Assembly: GCF_964355755.1 (NCBI RefSeq)
Contig: NC_092671.1
Location: 19,344,001 to 19,408,000 of the forward strand
From: Antedon mediterranea
Taxonomy: Eukaryota; Animalia; Echinodermata
Direction: 5' to 3'
DNA length: 64,000 bases
In this document: positions 52,309 through 64,000 of the stretch, in pieces
How positions within the stretch are numbered: position 1 is the stretch's first letter
Layout of the letters: the number at the start of each line of letters is the position of its first letter
Program-made: the position numbers and the translations under genes
Notes under the pieces: model-generated
Told to the model about the DNA's origin: nothing
Seen by the model: the letters and a program-made list of their open reading frames with translations, nothing else
The model's database searches: none

Positions 52309-55300
52309 CTACAGATTGCGCTGCATCTCAAAACCTTTAGTACCGTCTGGGCCACGTGGTTGCCTGGTGACAATAAATCGAGGGCCATTGTCCTCCAGCG
52401 ATAAGTTTGTTTTTAATTTATGCACCAGATGTTCAGGTCTCTGGCGACTACTGAAAAGAACAATCAAAAATATGTAGTAAAAATAAAGTATTGAATACAT
52501 ACATATTATTTAAACACAGTACACCTGAAGTATCTAATAATATAATAATACAAAGATAATTAAGCTTGGTTCACACTCGGACACAATGTAACATAGGTAC
52601 AATGCAAGCGAGTTGACCAATCACAAGTCACAGTTTGGTGGTCCATCGCATTGTGTCAACAGGGTTATATCCTTGTGTTGGGTACAAGTTTAAGGACTGG
52701 GAGAACCTGTTTAACAACCTTACGACATATAGTACAAAAATATACATATACCTCAGTTTATTCCAACAGGGTTTTAAGATTTAAAAAAATCTATTTTAAC
52801 TTTATACAGTGTCAGAACTTAAGCAAGTGTTTACCTTAGTCTGCGAACGTTGACAGCACTATATCGTCCATTCTGTTGATTACGTATCATCACAAACTCA
52901 ACCTCATCTCCAACTTGTAGGTCTATCCCATCCTGAACCTCACTCATGTGGAAAAACAACTTCTTGCCTTCTTCCATCTCATAGTCAATAAATCCATACT
53001 GAAAAAGACAAGCAAAATGACTAAAACTAATTCAATGTAAATTCTGGGTTACAGTATGTTGAATGTTATAATATAAGTAACATCAATGTTTATACAGAGT
53101 TTTTGTATTAGGACAGGAAAATTATATTATATGGTCTCATCATTTTGCTGCATGATTTGGGTAAAATTTATCTTCCATATTAATCTGATGTTTTTTTTTA
53201 TATAATCTTAATGTTTTTCTGTTATGTTCCTGTGTACATTTAACTTGTCTTTGTTATCCTGCATGCATTTGCTTCCTTTCAAATATTGACATGTCACATA
53301 ATATATTTATGTAGCAATACTTGTAATTTAAATTTATATTTTTTCTAATTTAAATTTGATTATGCAGCTCTGCTTATTTCTCAGGTCTCAGGTCCCCAAT
53401 TATGAAACAACCTAAATGGTACTTTAAAAAAAAACAATGTCATTTCCTTTATTTTCTTTTTCAAATCACTAAAAGTCCACTTTATTTCAAATTATTTATT
53501 TTATATTCTATTTATTATAGTTTTATTCTGTTATACAATAATATTTGCTATTTATGTATGTGTTCATTCTTATACGTCAAGTTATCGTTTTATCTGTATG
53601 TTTACCAAATATAAGGTCTAACAGGACAAGAAAGTGTTTTTTCTTTATTTTATTTCGGATTTATCTTGACCATATTGAAATAGATTTTTTCAACTCAAGG
53701 GGCACAGGACATAAGTATGAGGCGTCCTAGATCATCTAGTCCTGCACTATTACATTAACCTGGGTAAGTCATGTTTTGTGAAATAGAGAAGAAAAATATC
53801 AGATTTTTATTGTCAGTATTTCTTTTATACAAAGATGCAAGAATATGCATATGAGAATAGATAACGAGAACAATATCTATTAATCATGTCATTACTTAAA
53901 ACAAAATACACACCTGTCCTTTGAGTGAGTCCACTTTACTGCGAATAAACTTCCTAAGCGCAGTGATGTTGCAAGCCCATTCTCTGTCATCTGTCTTTGA
54001 GACACCAATCTGGAATCGGATCTTATCACCAGCTTGCAGAAACTCATGTTTGTCTGTCAGGCTAGTGATGCAGTATGGGTAAACATCTCCTTCGGTCTCA
54101 TCTACAGAAAGTAGAAAAAGGGTTCAATGTTTAAATCATACGTAGTAATACCTAGTCTACATTCACCAGAGTTCCTAATTTTTAGTCTATGCCACAAATT
54201 GTTGGTGTAATTTTATTTTTTAATTAATGTTTTATATATAAATCCAAAGGCAAATTACTGAAAAAATGACAATGCTGTGGGTATCAGTGGCTGGATCTCA
54301 ATGGAGATACAAAAAAAAAAGCGAAAAGCTAAATCAAAACGATAAAGTAAAACAGCCAGAAAAGTTAGCAGAGCTTTCGGGCAACACTAGCCTCATCAGT
54401 GCAAGTGAAGGAATTTGGATAACGTCATAATGTTTTATATATACTGTATATATATATTTTCTCTTTGTTTTTTTAAACAAATTGTGTACTATTTAAGTTA
54501 ACCATGGCCTTGTAGAAGTGTGTTATATTATTATTATTCTGAATTGACTTACACCAACAAATTGTGTACTATTTAAAGATATATTGTCCCCCTAAAAAAA
54601 TATTTTTTTAAAATTTTTTTGTTGAATATGTTATTTTAATGTCACATAATAGTTATTTACTCTCACAAAAAATTGGGTCTGAAAAAAATTTATTTACCTG
54701 AGAAAAATGTAATTTAAAGCAAAAAATGGTCAAATTGTCTGGAAGACAATGAGTTTTTGAGTAATTTAACTGTTTATTTTGTCTTTTTATAGGTGAAATA
54801 ATTTTTTTCCCCCGTTTTTTTTCTTATGGATGTGAACAACTTCATTAAAACTGCAAAATGGCCTATTCAAAGTCCGATTTTAAAAATCTTTATTTTTCAT
54901 GATTTTGGGGGACAATACATCTTTAAGTTAACCATGGCCTTGTAGAAGTGTGTTATATTATTATTATTCTGAATTGACTTACACCAACAAATTGTGTACT
55001 ATTTAAGTTAACCATGGCCTTGTAGAAGTGTGTTATATTATTATTATTCTGAATTGACTTACACCAACAAATTGTGTACTATTTAAGTTAACCATGGCCT
55101 TGTAGAAGTGTGTTATATTATTATTATTCTGAATTGACTTACACCAACAAATTGTGTACTATTTAAGTTAACCATGGCCTTGTAGAAGTGTGTTATATTA
55201 TTATTATTCTGAATTGACTTACACCAACAAATTGTGTACTATTTAAGTTAACCATGGCCTTGTAGAAGTGTGTTATATTATTATTATTCTGAATTGACTT

Positions 55301-58300
55301 ACACCAACAAATTGTGTACTATTTAAGTTAACCATGGCCTTGTAGAAGTGTGTTATATTATTATTATTCTGAATTGACTTACACCAACAAATTGTTACAA
55401 TAATTTTACAGAATTAAAATACTTTCACTCATACATACATACAATTTATATTGCGCCTTATCAACCAATTTTAAGGCGCATTACGGATAACTAAAACTAA
55501 ATTACATAGTTAAGCGTTGTCACAATGTAATCTAAACACAAAACTACATCTATGTAATCTTCTCTTGAGAGGTCTGTAAATATTACAAAATTTGTCATCG
55601 ATGTAACCCAGAAAAGGGAAAGGTACAAAGGTAACGATTTGTTACAACATATTTTTTAAGATTTGTGTATGTGTAAATCAGATATTAGCACATTATATGG
55701 TAATGATATGCATGGTACACATTTAAACAAAAACTGACATTCACAAATTCATTCAATTAAAGTTACAGTAGAATTATAAAAGGTTCACCCAAAAAACAGT
55801 TTGCAAAAACCGTTTACAAAAACAAAATAAACCTTAATGAAAAAATGGTAAAACAAAGTAGACCTGAACCTACCCTCGTGTATCACCTGAACCAGGCCTT
55901 CGTACTCTTCTTGTTGTGGATCAATATTGCGTAGAGGTCGTACTACTTGACCTAGTTCTACGTCTGTCCGCACAATTTCTCCTGGTAGAGTACCTTTGTT
56001 AAGCTTCTTAATGTTCTCGGCATGAACACGGTTGCTACGACGTACAACTACAAATGACACTTCGTCTCCTAGCTCAAATTCATTTACTTCGCCACAAACC
56101 TCACTAGCAAGGAAAATTATAATAAACAACTGTAATAATCTAGTAACCATAACAAATTAAGAAACTTTTTGAAAAAAGTGACCTGAATTTGATAGCATTA
56201 ATAGCAATAGTTTTGTAACTAAAACCAGATTACATAAAGGGTCAAATAATCATTATTAATATATTATTAATATTTAAATAATATGTGGGAAATATGGTAC
56301 ACTAGGAACAACTTTGGTACCATTGGGACCTTATTATAACAATTTTATATCTGCTTTCAGTGAATGAAAGAAAAATACATTGCATATTTGTATGCTTGCT
56401 TTCTTTCATCACATTATTTCAATAATAAATCACAGAAATTGTAGTGCTTTGGTTTGGCTTATATCGACCTAACAGTGCATTATTAACTTTGTTTATTTCA
56501 GAAGTCATATACATTCAAACAAATAGCAAGAAGCCCTAAAAAAATTACTGTAGAAAAAATTACCTGCAGGTCTTATACATACGACTTCTCCACTCTATTA
56601 TACATCTAAAGAGTAAAATTTGTTTTTTAAACAAAATATTACCTGTATCTAAAGAAGACCTCCCTATCATGTTGTTCTGTTTCTATAAATCCAAAGCTAT
56701 CTTTTAACACTGACAAGTAGCCATACTTGATGGTCTCCTCAGCACGATTCATTACAACCACGTTTACAGCTGTTTGTGTGTTGTCTTTCTTGATCTCAGC
56801 AAGATTAAACTCAACCTAAAAACACATTTTATTAGTTAAAATGTAATAACATATGATTAAAAAATACATGAATCAGTATTGTAACACAGGTTGGTTAGTT
56901 AGTTGGTTAGTTTTTTAATGCTGTTCAGTTCTATTTTTTGCTTCTATTGCCTATGACGCCTTTTAAAAACAATATTGTGCAATATGAGGCTGGTTAAATG
57001 CACAACCTGTTCTACTCTGTTTCGAGCACAGATTTTTTTTTTTAATGGAAGCAGTGAATTAAAGTTTACATCTTGTATTCAGGAATGAGGAGAGGCTGAG
57101 CTTCATAAAATATTTTCTTCAGTAAACTCATAAAATAAAATTGGTGTTTGTGTTTATTTATAATTGTACAATTGTACATACCTCATCACCAATGTTGGGT
57201 GGTGTACGTATATCTGTATCTTTAGCATGATAATTAACGGTTTGTTTCTTGCCATTCAATTGGTAACTTATCAATCCACGGTCAAGTTCTTTATCTTTTG
57301 AGTTTTTACCTGGACTTTTACCCCACTGTAAATTTAAAATACATAACTTTAAATATTAATAGCCATACAATAAGACTGATCCAAACCTTTTTTGCACTGT
57401 AATGCCTAAGTCATGACATTGATAAACCTAGCTTTGTTGATATAAATTTGTTTAAATATCAAGAACAGCACAATGTCTAGTAAAGGCAAGGCAAGTGATG
57501 TTCCTTGATCACAGACTCCAACCTCCTCTGGGAAGGAGGATTTTCTGTGAGCCCCGGCTAATAGGCAAGGATCATGCTAATGGTTAAATTGCATGGCTGA
57601 ATCTTCCCTTGTATAATTTCTCAAATATTGACAGGGTTGAAGGACATGGTTCAAATTATAGCTGTATCTATAGTTAAACATCTAAAACCGATTTAAACAG
57701 AAATAAAATATATCTTTACCAAGTTTGCTGGCACTTTTTCTACAGTGCCTTGTACACGTTCCGGTTGAATGATCTCAAAACATACAGATCCCTTTGGAAG
57801 AAGCTTGATACGTACAGCAATCTGACGCTTAGGTGAATTTGGGTCCTAAAAGCATTAACAAATAATATAACAAGATGAATATACTTTAAACATTGACTGC
57901 TAATTTTTTAAGTTTTTGAAAAATGTTTTTAAGATCTGTTCTCTATTATGGTTTATGAGGAACCAATAAAATAGAATTCTTTCAAAATATTGTATTAAAA
58001 CTATGCTTTCATTTGAATTAGAAACAGACCCTTATATGCTGTGATATGAGCCAGTCACATTATTTGTTTAATATATCAATACTATAGTAAGTTACCAACT
58101 ATAAAACGTGAAGCATATTCAACTTACTGGAATAACTGTGAATTCTACTTCATCAGATATATGAAGGTCACCCTAAAAAGAAAGAAAAGTTGAATCTCGA
58201 TATAATATCATATTTCATTTTGGAAAGACCCTCAGCGAAGTTATGACAACGTAAATTTAACATCTGCTCAATAAAGTTAAATATTCAGTCAGTAGACTTT

Positions 58301-61300
58301 TCAGTGGCTGTAAACCAGAGGCATTCAGACCACGTATTACACCATTGGTTCCAAAATTATTTCTTTCAGTACATCCCAAATACTACAGTATTAAAACAAA
58401 TTCAGAATTGGAAACCCATAGAAAAACAACACAACAGGCCAGCCTAAGGGCATCTAAGAGATAGTATACCATAAAATATTTTCAAACTAAAAACACTACC
58501 GATTCAAGTAGTTCACTGAAGTGGAAGAACATTCTTGGTTCACGGTTGACACATTTGATGAATCCAAAGCCTTCTTTTATAGCTGCAACTATACCCTGGA
58601 GAAACAATCATAAATTGAAGAAAAATACATCACAATACTTTACATTTATTGCACAACACTTTTCTATTTCCAGTATAAGCCTTTCTTTAGTTTATCTTTA
58701 TCTTAAATGTACCATATACAAATTAAGTTTTTGTTCAGGCTGTTAAGGTGGAAATCCAGCTAGAGAGCTACAGCAGTTTTGCTTCCTTGTCTTTTTCTGG
58801 CATATTTTGCAATTTTTGTGTTTTAAGTAGGTGATTTTAAAAGACTAAATCAAGAATGAATTAATTGATGAAGAACTTTTAGGGAAATTTATGCTAAATT
58901 AATGATTTATTTATTTTATTTATACTGGGTGACCTCTTCAGTCAAAAGACTGGTCTCCCAGAGGGCCCAGTTATGATGAGTGGTTGGTTGTAACAGTGGC
59001 TGTGTGAATGTGTGAGATATTTATTGGTAAATTTTTTGCTGCGTCAACACTGCCCAAAACAACAAACCATTTCTCTTTCTTCTTTGACAGCTTCAAAAGT
59101 GTCAATCATCAGTTTGATACTAGTTGCACGCTGTAGTAGATCTCGTTTATCTGTGGCAATCTGAAACTCTACAGTGTCATCCTCATTCAATGTGTAACTA
59201 CCAAATACATCTTTCTCTCCATAAGAAAGCTCTCTTTTCCTAGTAAAATGTAAAAGTGATAATTCAGAAAATCATCTATCTACAGAATAACTAACTGAAC
59301 TTTTGAAAATTAAAAAAACTATAATATAAAAATTGAAAATTGAAAGTGGGCTTGAAAATGTCTACATTTTTTATTTACTCATACACTCATTACAAAACTA
59401 AAGAGGCTAATCTAAAGCCTGCTTTTGGTGATTGGCTCAATTCCACCTTAACTGCAATACATTTTGTGGAGAGACTAACAAATACTTACTTCTTATTTAT
59501 AGACAAACTACTGTAGTAAATATAAGTACAGTATTTAACTTACAAAGTGTTTTAGCTTTGACAGAGGAATGAAATAACCAAGAAACATTAACAAAGAAAT
59601 TAAAAGTTTATTGAAACTACTTTTGGATTATAAGGCTATACATTATTCAAAAGCCAACACATGCGATTCCTTAAAAAGGAAGTATGTAGGTATAACTTTG
59701 CTAATGAATACAAATTCTTCTTACCCTCCATCAGGAGTTTCAAATATGAGTTTTCCTGGAAATGGTTCAGTCTGACGTCGATTGCTGAATCGTGGTATAA
59801 CTTTTGAAATGTTACCAATATAAGATTCATCTGAAATTTCTTCAAACACTACAGTGCCAGGTGGAAGCTTTTTAATATTGATGGCTACTTCTTTATCCTA
59901 AAAATAAACAACTTTGTGCATTCAAATATATCTGTTTAATATTTCAAACAATTAAATGTCAATCAAAACTGAAATTAATATATGCCACTTACATTTCGAA
60001 CTGTAATATCATAATCAACATCATCTCCTAGAACTAGCTCATTTATATCTCCTTCAAATTCACTATAATGGAAAAAAATCTGAGAGAAACGCAATAAATA
60101 TAATAAAGAATACATTTTATGGATATTAAAAATCCTAAAACTTTCTAAATAAATTCAATACTATACAACATCAATTAGTTAATGTTGTGGCCATTGCCTA
60201 AACAAAATTAGGATTTTATGGGCAAAATATTAGTTACATAGTAATTTGCTTCCTTTGTTTTAATGTACAGGCAACCTATTTTGCATAATATTAAAGTTTT
60301 AGCTACTAAGAAAAAAGTGAAATTTTCATGTTAGTTAAATTGATTGCACTGTGCAAAATAGAAACTAAACTCATACAATTGGCTCTTGATAAGATATACA
60401 AAAACAAAATCAAAGGTTTAAATAAGAATCAATAAGGTATCTACTAACTTCTTTAACAACATCTGCTCTCTCTAGAAAACCAAAAGATTCTTTCATAGAA
60501 CAAACAATGCCCTGGTAACGAGGTGCAACAAAGGATTCTAGTAGAGTCATGTTACGGGCACGAACACTGCCATCTCTAAAGAGAAAAAGTAACATATTTG
60601 GCAGATATTATATTAGTGATTATTGTTTGAAAAAATAGAATTTTAAGAAGCAGATGAATTTATTGTGAAGGCAACAAAAATATTATCATAGAGCACTTAA
60701 TAGCAATGATAATATTGTAGAAAATGCTAAACAATGCATACTGGCCACCTGTTCTAGATCAACACTGATCATCTTAATTGCACTATTAATAAGCTGTAAG
60801 TTGCCAACAACTTCTTCAGTCTAGCTTGAATCTAGTCAATAGTGAATTAAACATTTTAAATTTCAAAAAATATGGTTTTACTTGAAACAAACCTTTTGTC
60901 TGTGGCAATGTTAAACAAAACTTTATCTTCTTTCTTTAACTTTGTGTCCTTAGTTTGAACATCATGAATCATATAATTCAAGAAAAAACATTCCTAAAAA
61001 TATAAGATAAAAATAGAAAAAATATTTGTACAGTTGTTTCTTAACCCTTATTCAGTTAAGTAGCTTATTGGACACAAATGCATTGCATAGACCCAATTCA
61101 CACATGTTTCACACAAAATGTTACATTGGTACCAAACTGTGAAAGCATTTTCATGTAAAATCTCTGAACAAGTTTGTAACCTCACACACATGCGCTTAAA
61201 TGTTAGTAGATTTCCCGGTGTTTATTTTAAGCACAAACAATTTACACGAATCACCATATATTCTAGAAATACCATAATTTTCAAAATGGACTATAGTAGA

Positions 61301-63975
61301 ACAACTATTAATATTTGTTTTGTTGGGGGTTTACTGGATTACTTATAGGCCAACAAAAGGTGTTATCAACCATCACAATTATCACAAAATACTAAGTAGG
61401 CCTTATCTTAGGATATCCATGTAACAATTGGTTACATTTAGTTGCATTGTGCTGTACATGTGAATTGGGTATAAGTTATAAGTTAATAAATTATACATAC
61501 TCCATTCATTTCATAGGTAACTTGACCACTTTCGCCGTTAAGGCCACCCTAATGAGGAAAAAATAGAAAAAAATATAAGTTTTAACTAAATAATTATGGA
61601 AACAGGAAAGTACTTCACTTGTATTTTAATAATCTATAAAGCTATAATCTATAAGCTTTTAATATAAGATTATTGTCATTTGATTGGAGGATTGTGATGA
61701 TGTTTGGATTGACATTATATAAATATTCTATTGAACTCTTGTGTCATCAAGAGTGCAATATTAAACTCGAGAATGCAATTTCGTTTTCCACGATTATTTT
61801 GATTACGCAGTTTGCAACATCCCACATGTGCGACACAAGGCTTTTGTTAACTAATCATGTTTGATCAACCTGTAGTGTGCTTCCTCTATAAATTGAGAGA
61901 GTTGTGTGTTTTTTCGTACAATGGAACAAATAATTTTGTTTGGTGAAATATGAAATATTCGATTTTCACATCATGAAATTATTTGTACTCATAAACATTC
62001 ATTCATTGTATAATATTTGGATGGATTGGTGTTTGACTTACATTTCTTGATTTTGACATCTTAGCCTCACTAACAATGAATCCAGTAACTTTGTCGTCAC
62101 TCAGTATCTCGGTGGATATGCTGCCATTTTTTAGCTTAATAATTTTACAAGCTACAGGTTTACCTGTTCTTCTGTCAACTGATGTTTCAAATTCTACAGC
62201 ATCTACAAAAAAAAAAAAATCGCTTTGAATATTTTAACATCTGCAACAAAATTATCATCTTGAATATATTATATTTCAAGCATACTGCAGATGTTGTGAT
62301 TTGTTGACAGTACTGTAACCAATAGGAAGCTATTGATTTGCATCCCAGGACCTGTTGGTCGACACCTGGCTAGGAATCCACCGAGGAGGGAATGGTGAAT
62401 TGGTAAATGCATAATGCCAGATCATTTGTAACAGATTTATTATCAGATTACTACTGCGAATATCTTGTTCTAGTTGGGTTGTTTGTGTTGGGTACTAGAG
62501 AAACATGTATACAACTTAGCTAGTTCCCATCGATATAATGCAATTGTTGTATTCGTATATTGTGGTTTGTGTTATTATCTAAATAACAAAATACAACGAG
62601 ATCCATAGTAAAATATGTCAATTACATCAATTTTTTAAGTTTTAAGGTATCCCAGCATTTATATATTCATTTTGCGGACACATACAATTTATTTACTACC
62701 TACCTCCTAATGTTAACTCTTCAACATTGTCCGAATATTCACTATAATGGAAAAATAGTCGTCCATCTCGATCACAACATTGAAGGAAGCCATATGATGA
62801 CTAAAGATAATAGAATTAAAAAATAATGTATTATGTAACCGTACATAGTGGCTTCAGTCAGATCATTTTATCCAAACAAACATGGTATTAAAATCTGAGT
62901 ACAGTAACAGTGTCTTGCCCCAGATTACAGGATTAGAGGTAGCACATGGAACTAATTTTAAATATAACGTATGTACTGTATTCATTTTTTTTTTCATTTT
63001 ATTTTACCCATGAATATAAATTATAAACATTGTAACATACAAATAATAATTATTATATCAAGGGAAGGGCTAAAAAATAGTTAAAACTAATCAAGTTCAG
63101 CCTCTAAACATTGAAATATAAATAGTTATATAAATAAATTAGGGCTACCTGTCTAAAAAATGAATATACAGTACATAAAAACCTTTCTCTCAAATATACA
63201 AATATTATTAAATAAATAACAAAAGGAATGCATACTTACCAGAAGCTTTTCCACCTGTCCTGTCTCTCTTTGAACCCTGTCAATTGAAGATTTACAGAAT
63301 GTTAATTGTATCTTTTTATTGAATTGGATTATTATTCAATGTTTCTTTTTTATTAAAAAGTACTGTAATTTGAAATACGGAAAGTTTCACAATTTTTTAA
63401 AGTGTCAAATTTATGAGTATCAAACTGAATTATCAGTTATTCAAATATAACTGCTTGTTTCTGAGGCATACAGTAGTTTTTGAAATTTATAAAGTACTAT
63501 CAAAGCGCCTTGAGCACTTTGTGGATATGTGCACTTTATAAATCTTATTTAAATCTTATCTTATTATCTCAAAACCACAAATAACAGAGCAGTAATGTTT
63601 TAAAAGAAAGGGTTACCAACCCATTATGTGATGGATAACTGGTTGAGCGTTGAAGTGGTCCAGACATAGAATGATTTCGACTGCCATATGCATTTGATAA
63701 AGGTTGTTTCTAAATAAAACAAAAACAACATAACACTAACAGCTATAAGTTTATTAATTGGAAAAAAATACTGTACTTTGAAATACTATATCTTGTAGAA
63801 AGACACTGTTGGCAGTGGTAAGTACAGTTCTATACTCTGTGCAATAAAGGTAACAACAATTGTCTTTTCCTCTACATTAATAACACCTAATAGTCATAGA
63901 TAGTATACTTTTCTAATTTGGCTATTTTTAATTAAATAATTGACATCACATTACCTTCCACAGTGGACTTGCCAT
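52309..63975 (-). CDS. CSDE1: Cold shock domain-containing protein E1 (UNR); coding exons 63975-63955, 63709-63621, 63276-63240, 62800-62704, 62202-62042, 61548-61501, 60993-60893, 60575-60449, 60079-59993, 59897-59725, 59239-59068, 58595-58500, 58172-58128, 57845-57720, 57325-57182, 56815-56643, 56103-55874, 54101-53914, 52998-52835, 52450-52309
   Basis: Reads [38 protein letters not shown]; [30 protein letters not shown]; [28 protein letters not shown]; [10 protein letters not shown]; [17 protein letters not shown]; and the C-terminal SUZ-C motif [16 protein letters not shown] phases are consistent throughout. Confidence 0.95.
54368..54402 (-). ncRNA. Minimal type I hammerhead ribozyme motif, probably from a Penelope-like element terminal repeat (~54290-54440)
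   Basis: Minus strand reads GCA-CTGATGA-GGC tagtgtt GCC c-GAAA-gc-TC-TGC: conserved core, stem II, a very short palindromic stem III and a 3-bp stem I. Confidence 0.55.
54476..55395. repeat. 80-bp minisatellite (~7 copies) in a CSDE1 intron, interrupted by a MITE
   Basis: Unit AACAAATTGTGTACTATTTAAGTTAACCATGGCCTTGTAGAAGTGTGTTATATTATTATTATTCTGAATTGACTTACACC; the copies look identical. Confidence 0.95.
54577..54922. mobile_element. Kolobok-like MITE with TTAA TSD
   Basis: TTAA|AGATATATTGTCCCCC ... GGGGGACAATACATCT|TTAA, inserted at the TTAA of an 80-bp repeat unit. The empty site is visible in sister units. Confidence 0.85.
58905..58985 (-). mobile_element. 3' terminal stem-loop and (TAAA)n tail of a CR1/L2-type LINE or SINE
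   Basis: Minus strand ACTGGGCCCTCTGGGAGACCAGTCTTTTGACTGAAGAGGTCACCCAGTATAAATAAAATAAATAAAT. Confidence 0.55.
61088..61473. mobile_element. MITE in a CSDE1 intron
   Basis: TIRs TAGACCCAATTCACA / TGTGAATTGGGTATA. Confidence 0.55.
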
Positions 63976-64000
63976 ATTTAATATTGAGTTTCTTTAAAGT

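Noticed and set aside
55785-56150. Signal-peptide-like N-terminus [15 protein letters not shown] on a 121-aa ORF
   Set aside because: It is the translated polypyrimidine tract of a CSDE1 intron; the real exon is 56103-55874.

Overview
AT-rich (roughly 30% GC by eye) eukaryotic nuclear DNA from an invertebrate animal, most plausibly an echinoderm such as a crinoid (inferred from gene and repeat content). Four host genes can be rebuilt from splice signals. (1) The last nine coding exons of a DHX30-like DEAH helicase (+, 1093-12046), including one GC-AG intron. (2) A truncated RING/B-box/coiled-coil TRIM gene (-, 22294-23058). (3) A doublecortin-like kinase, DCLK3-like (-, 28144-46310), with two DCX domains, a long E/K/R-rich helix and an apparently unannotated alternative first exon. 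(4) A complete 19-coding-exon CSDE1/UNR (-, 52309-63975). Introns and intergenic DNA are dense with transposon material: LINE 3' fragments, a decayed Crypton tyrosine recombinase, a decayed P-element transposase, Helentron-type HINEs, many MITEs, an ~800-bp foldback element, a 5S-rRNA-headed SINE-like element, a minimal hammerhead ribozyme and three minisatellites (60, 22 and 80 bp units). The longest ORFs at 7-9 kb are by-products of the 60-bp minisatellite. I found no prokaryote-type system such as CRISPR. The most novel signals are the alternative kinase N-terminus, a set of P-element-type TIR-only footprints, strong over-representation of TAGGCCTA/TACAGTA words, and candidate intronic structured RNAs in CSDE1.
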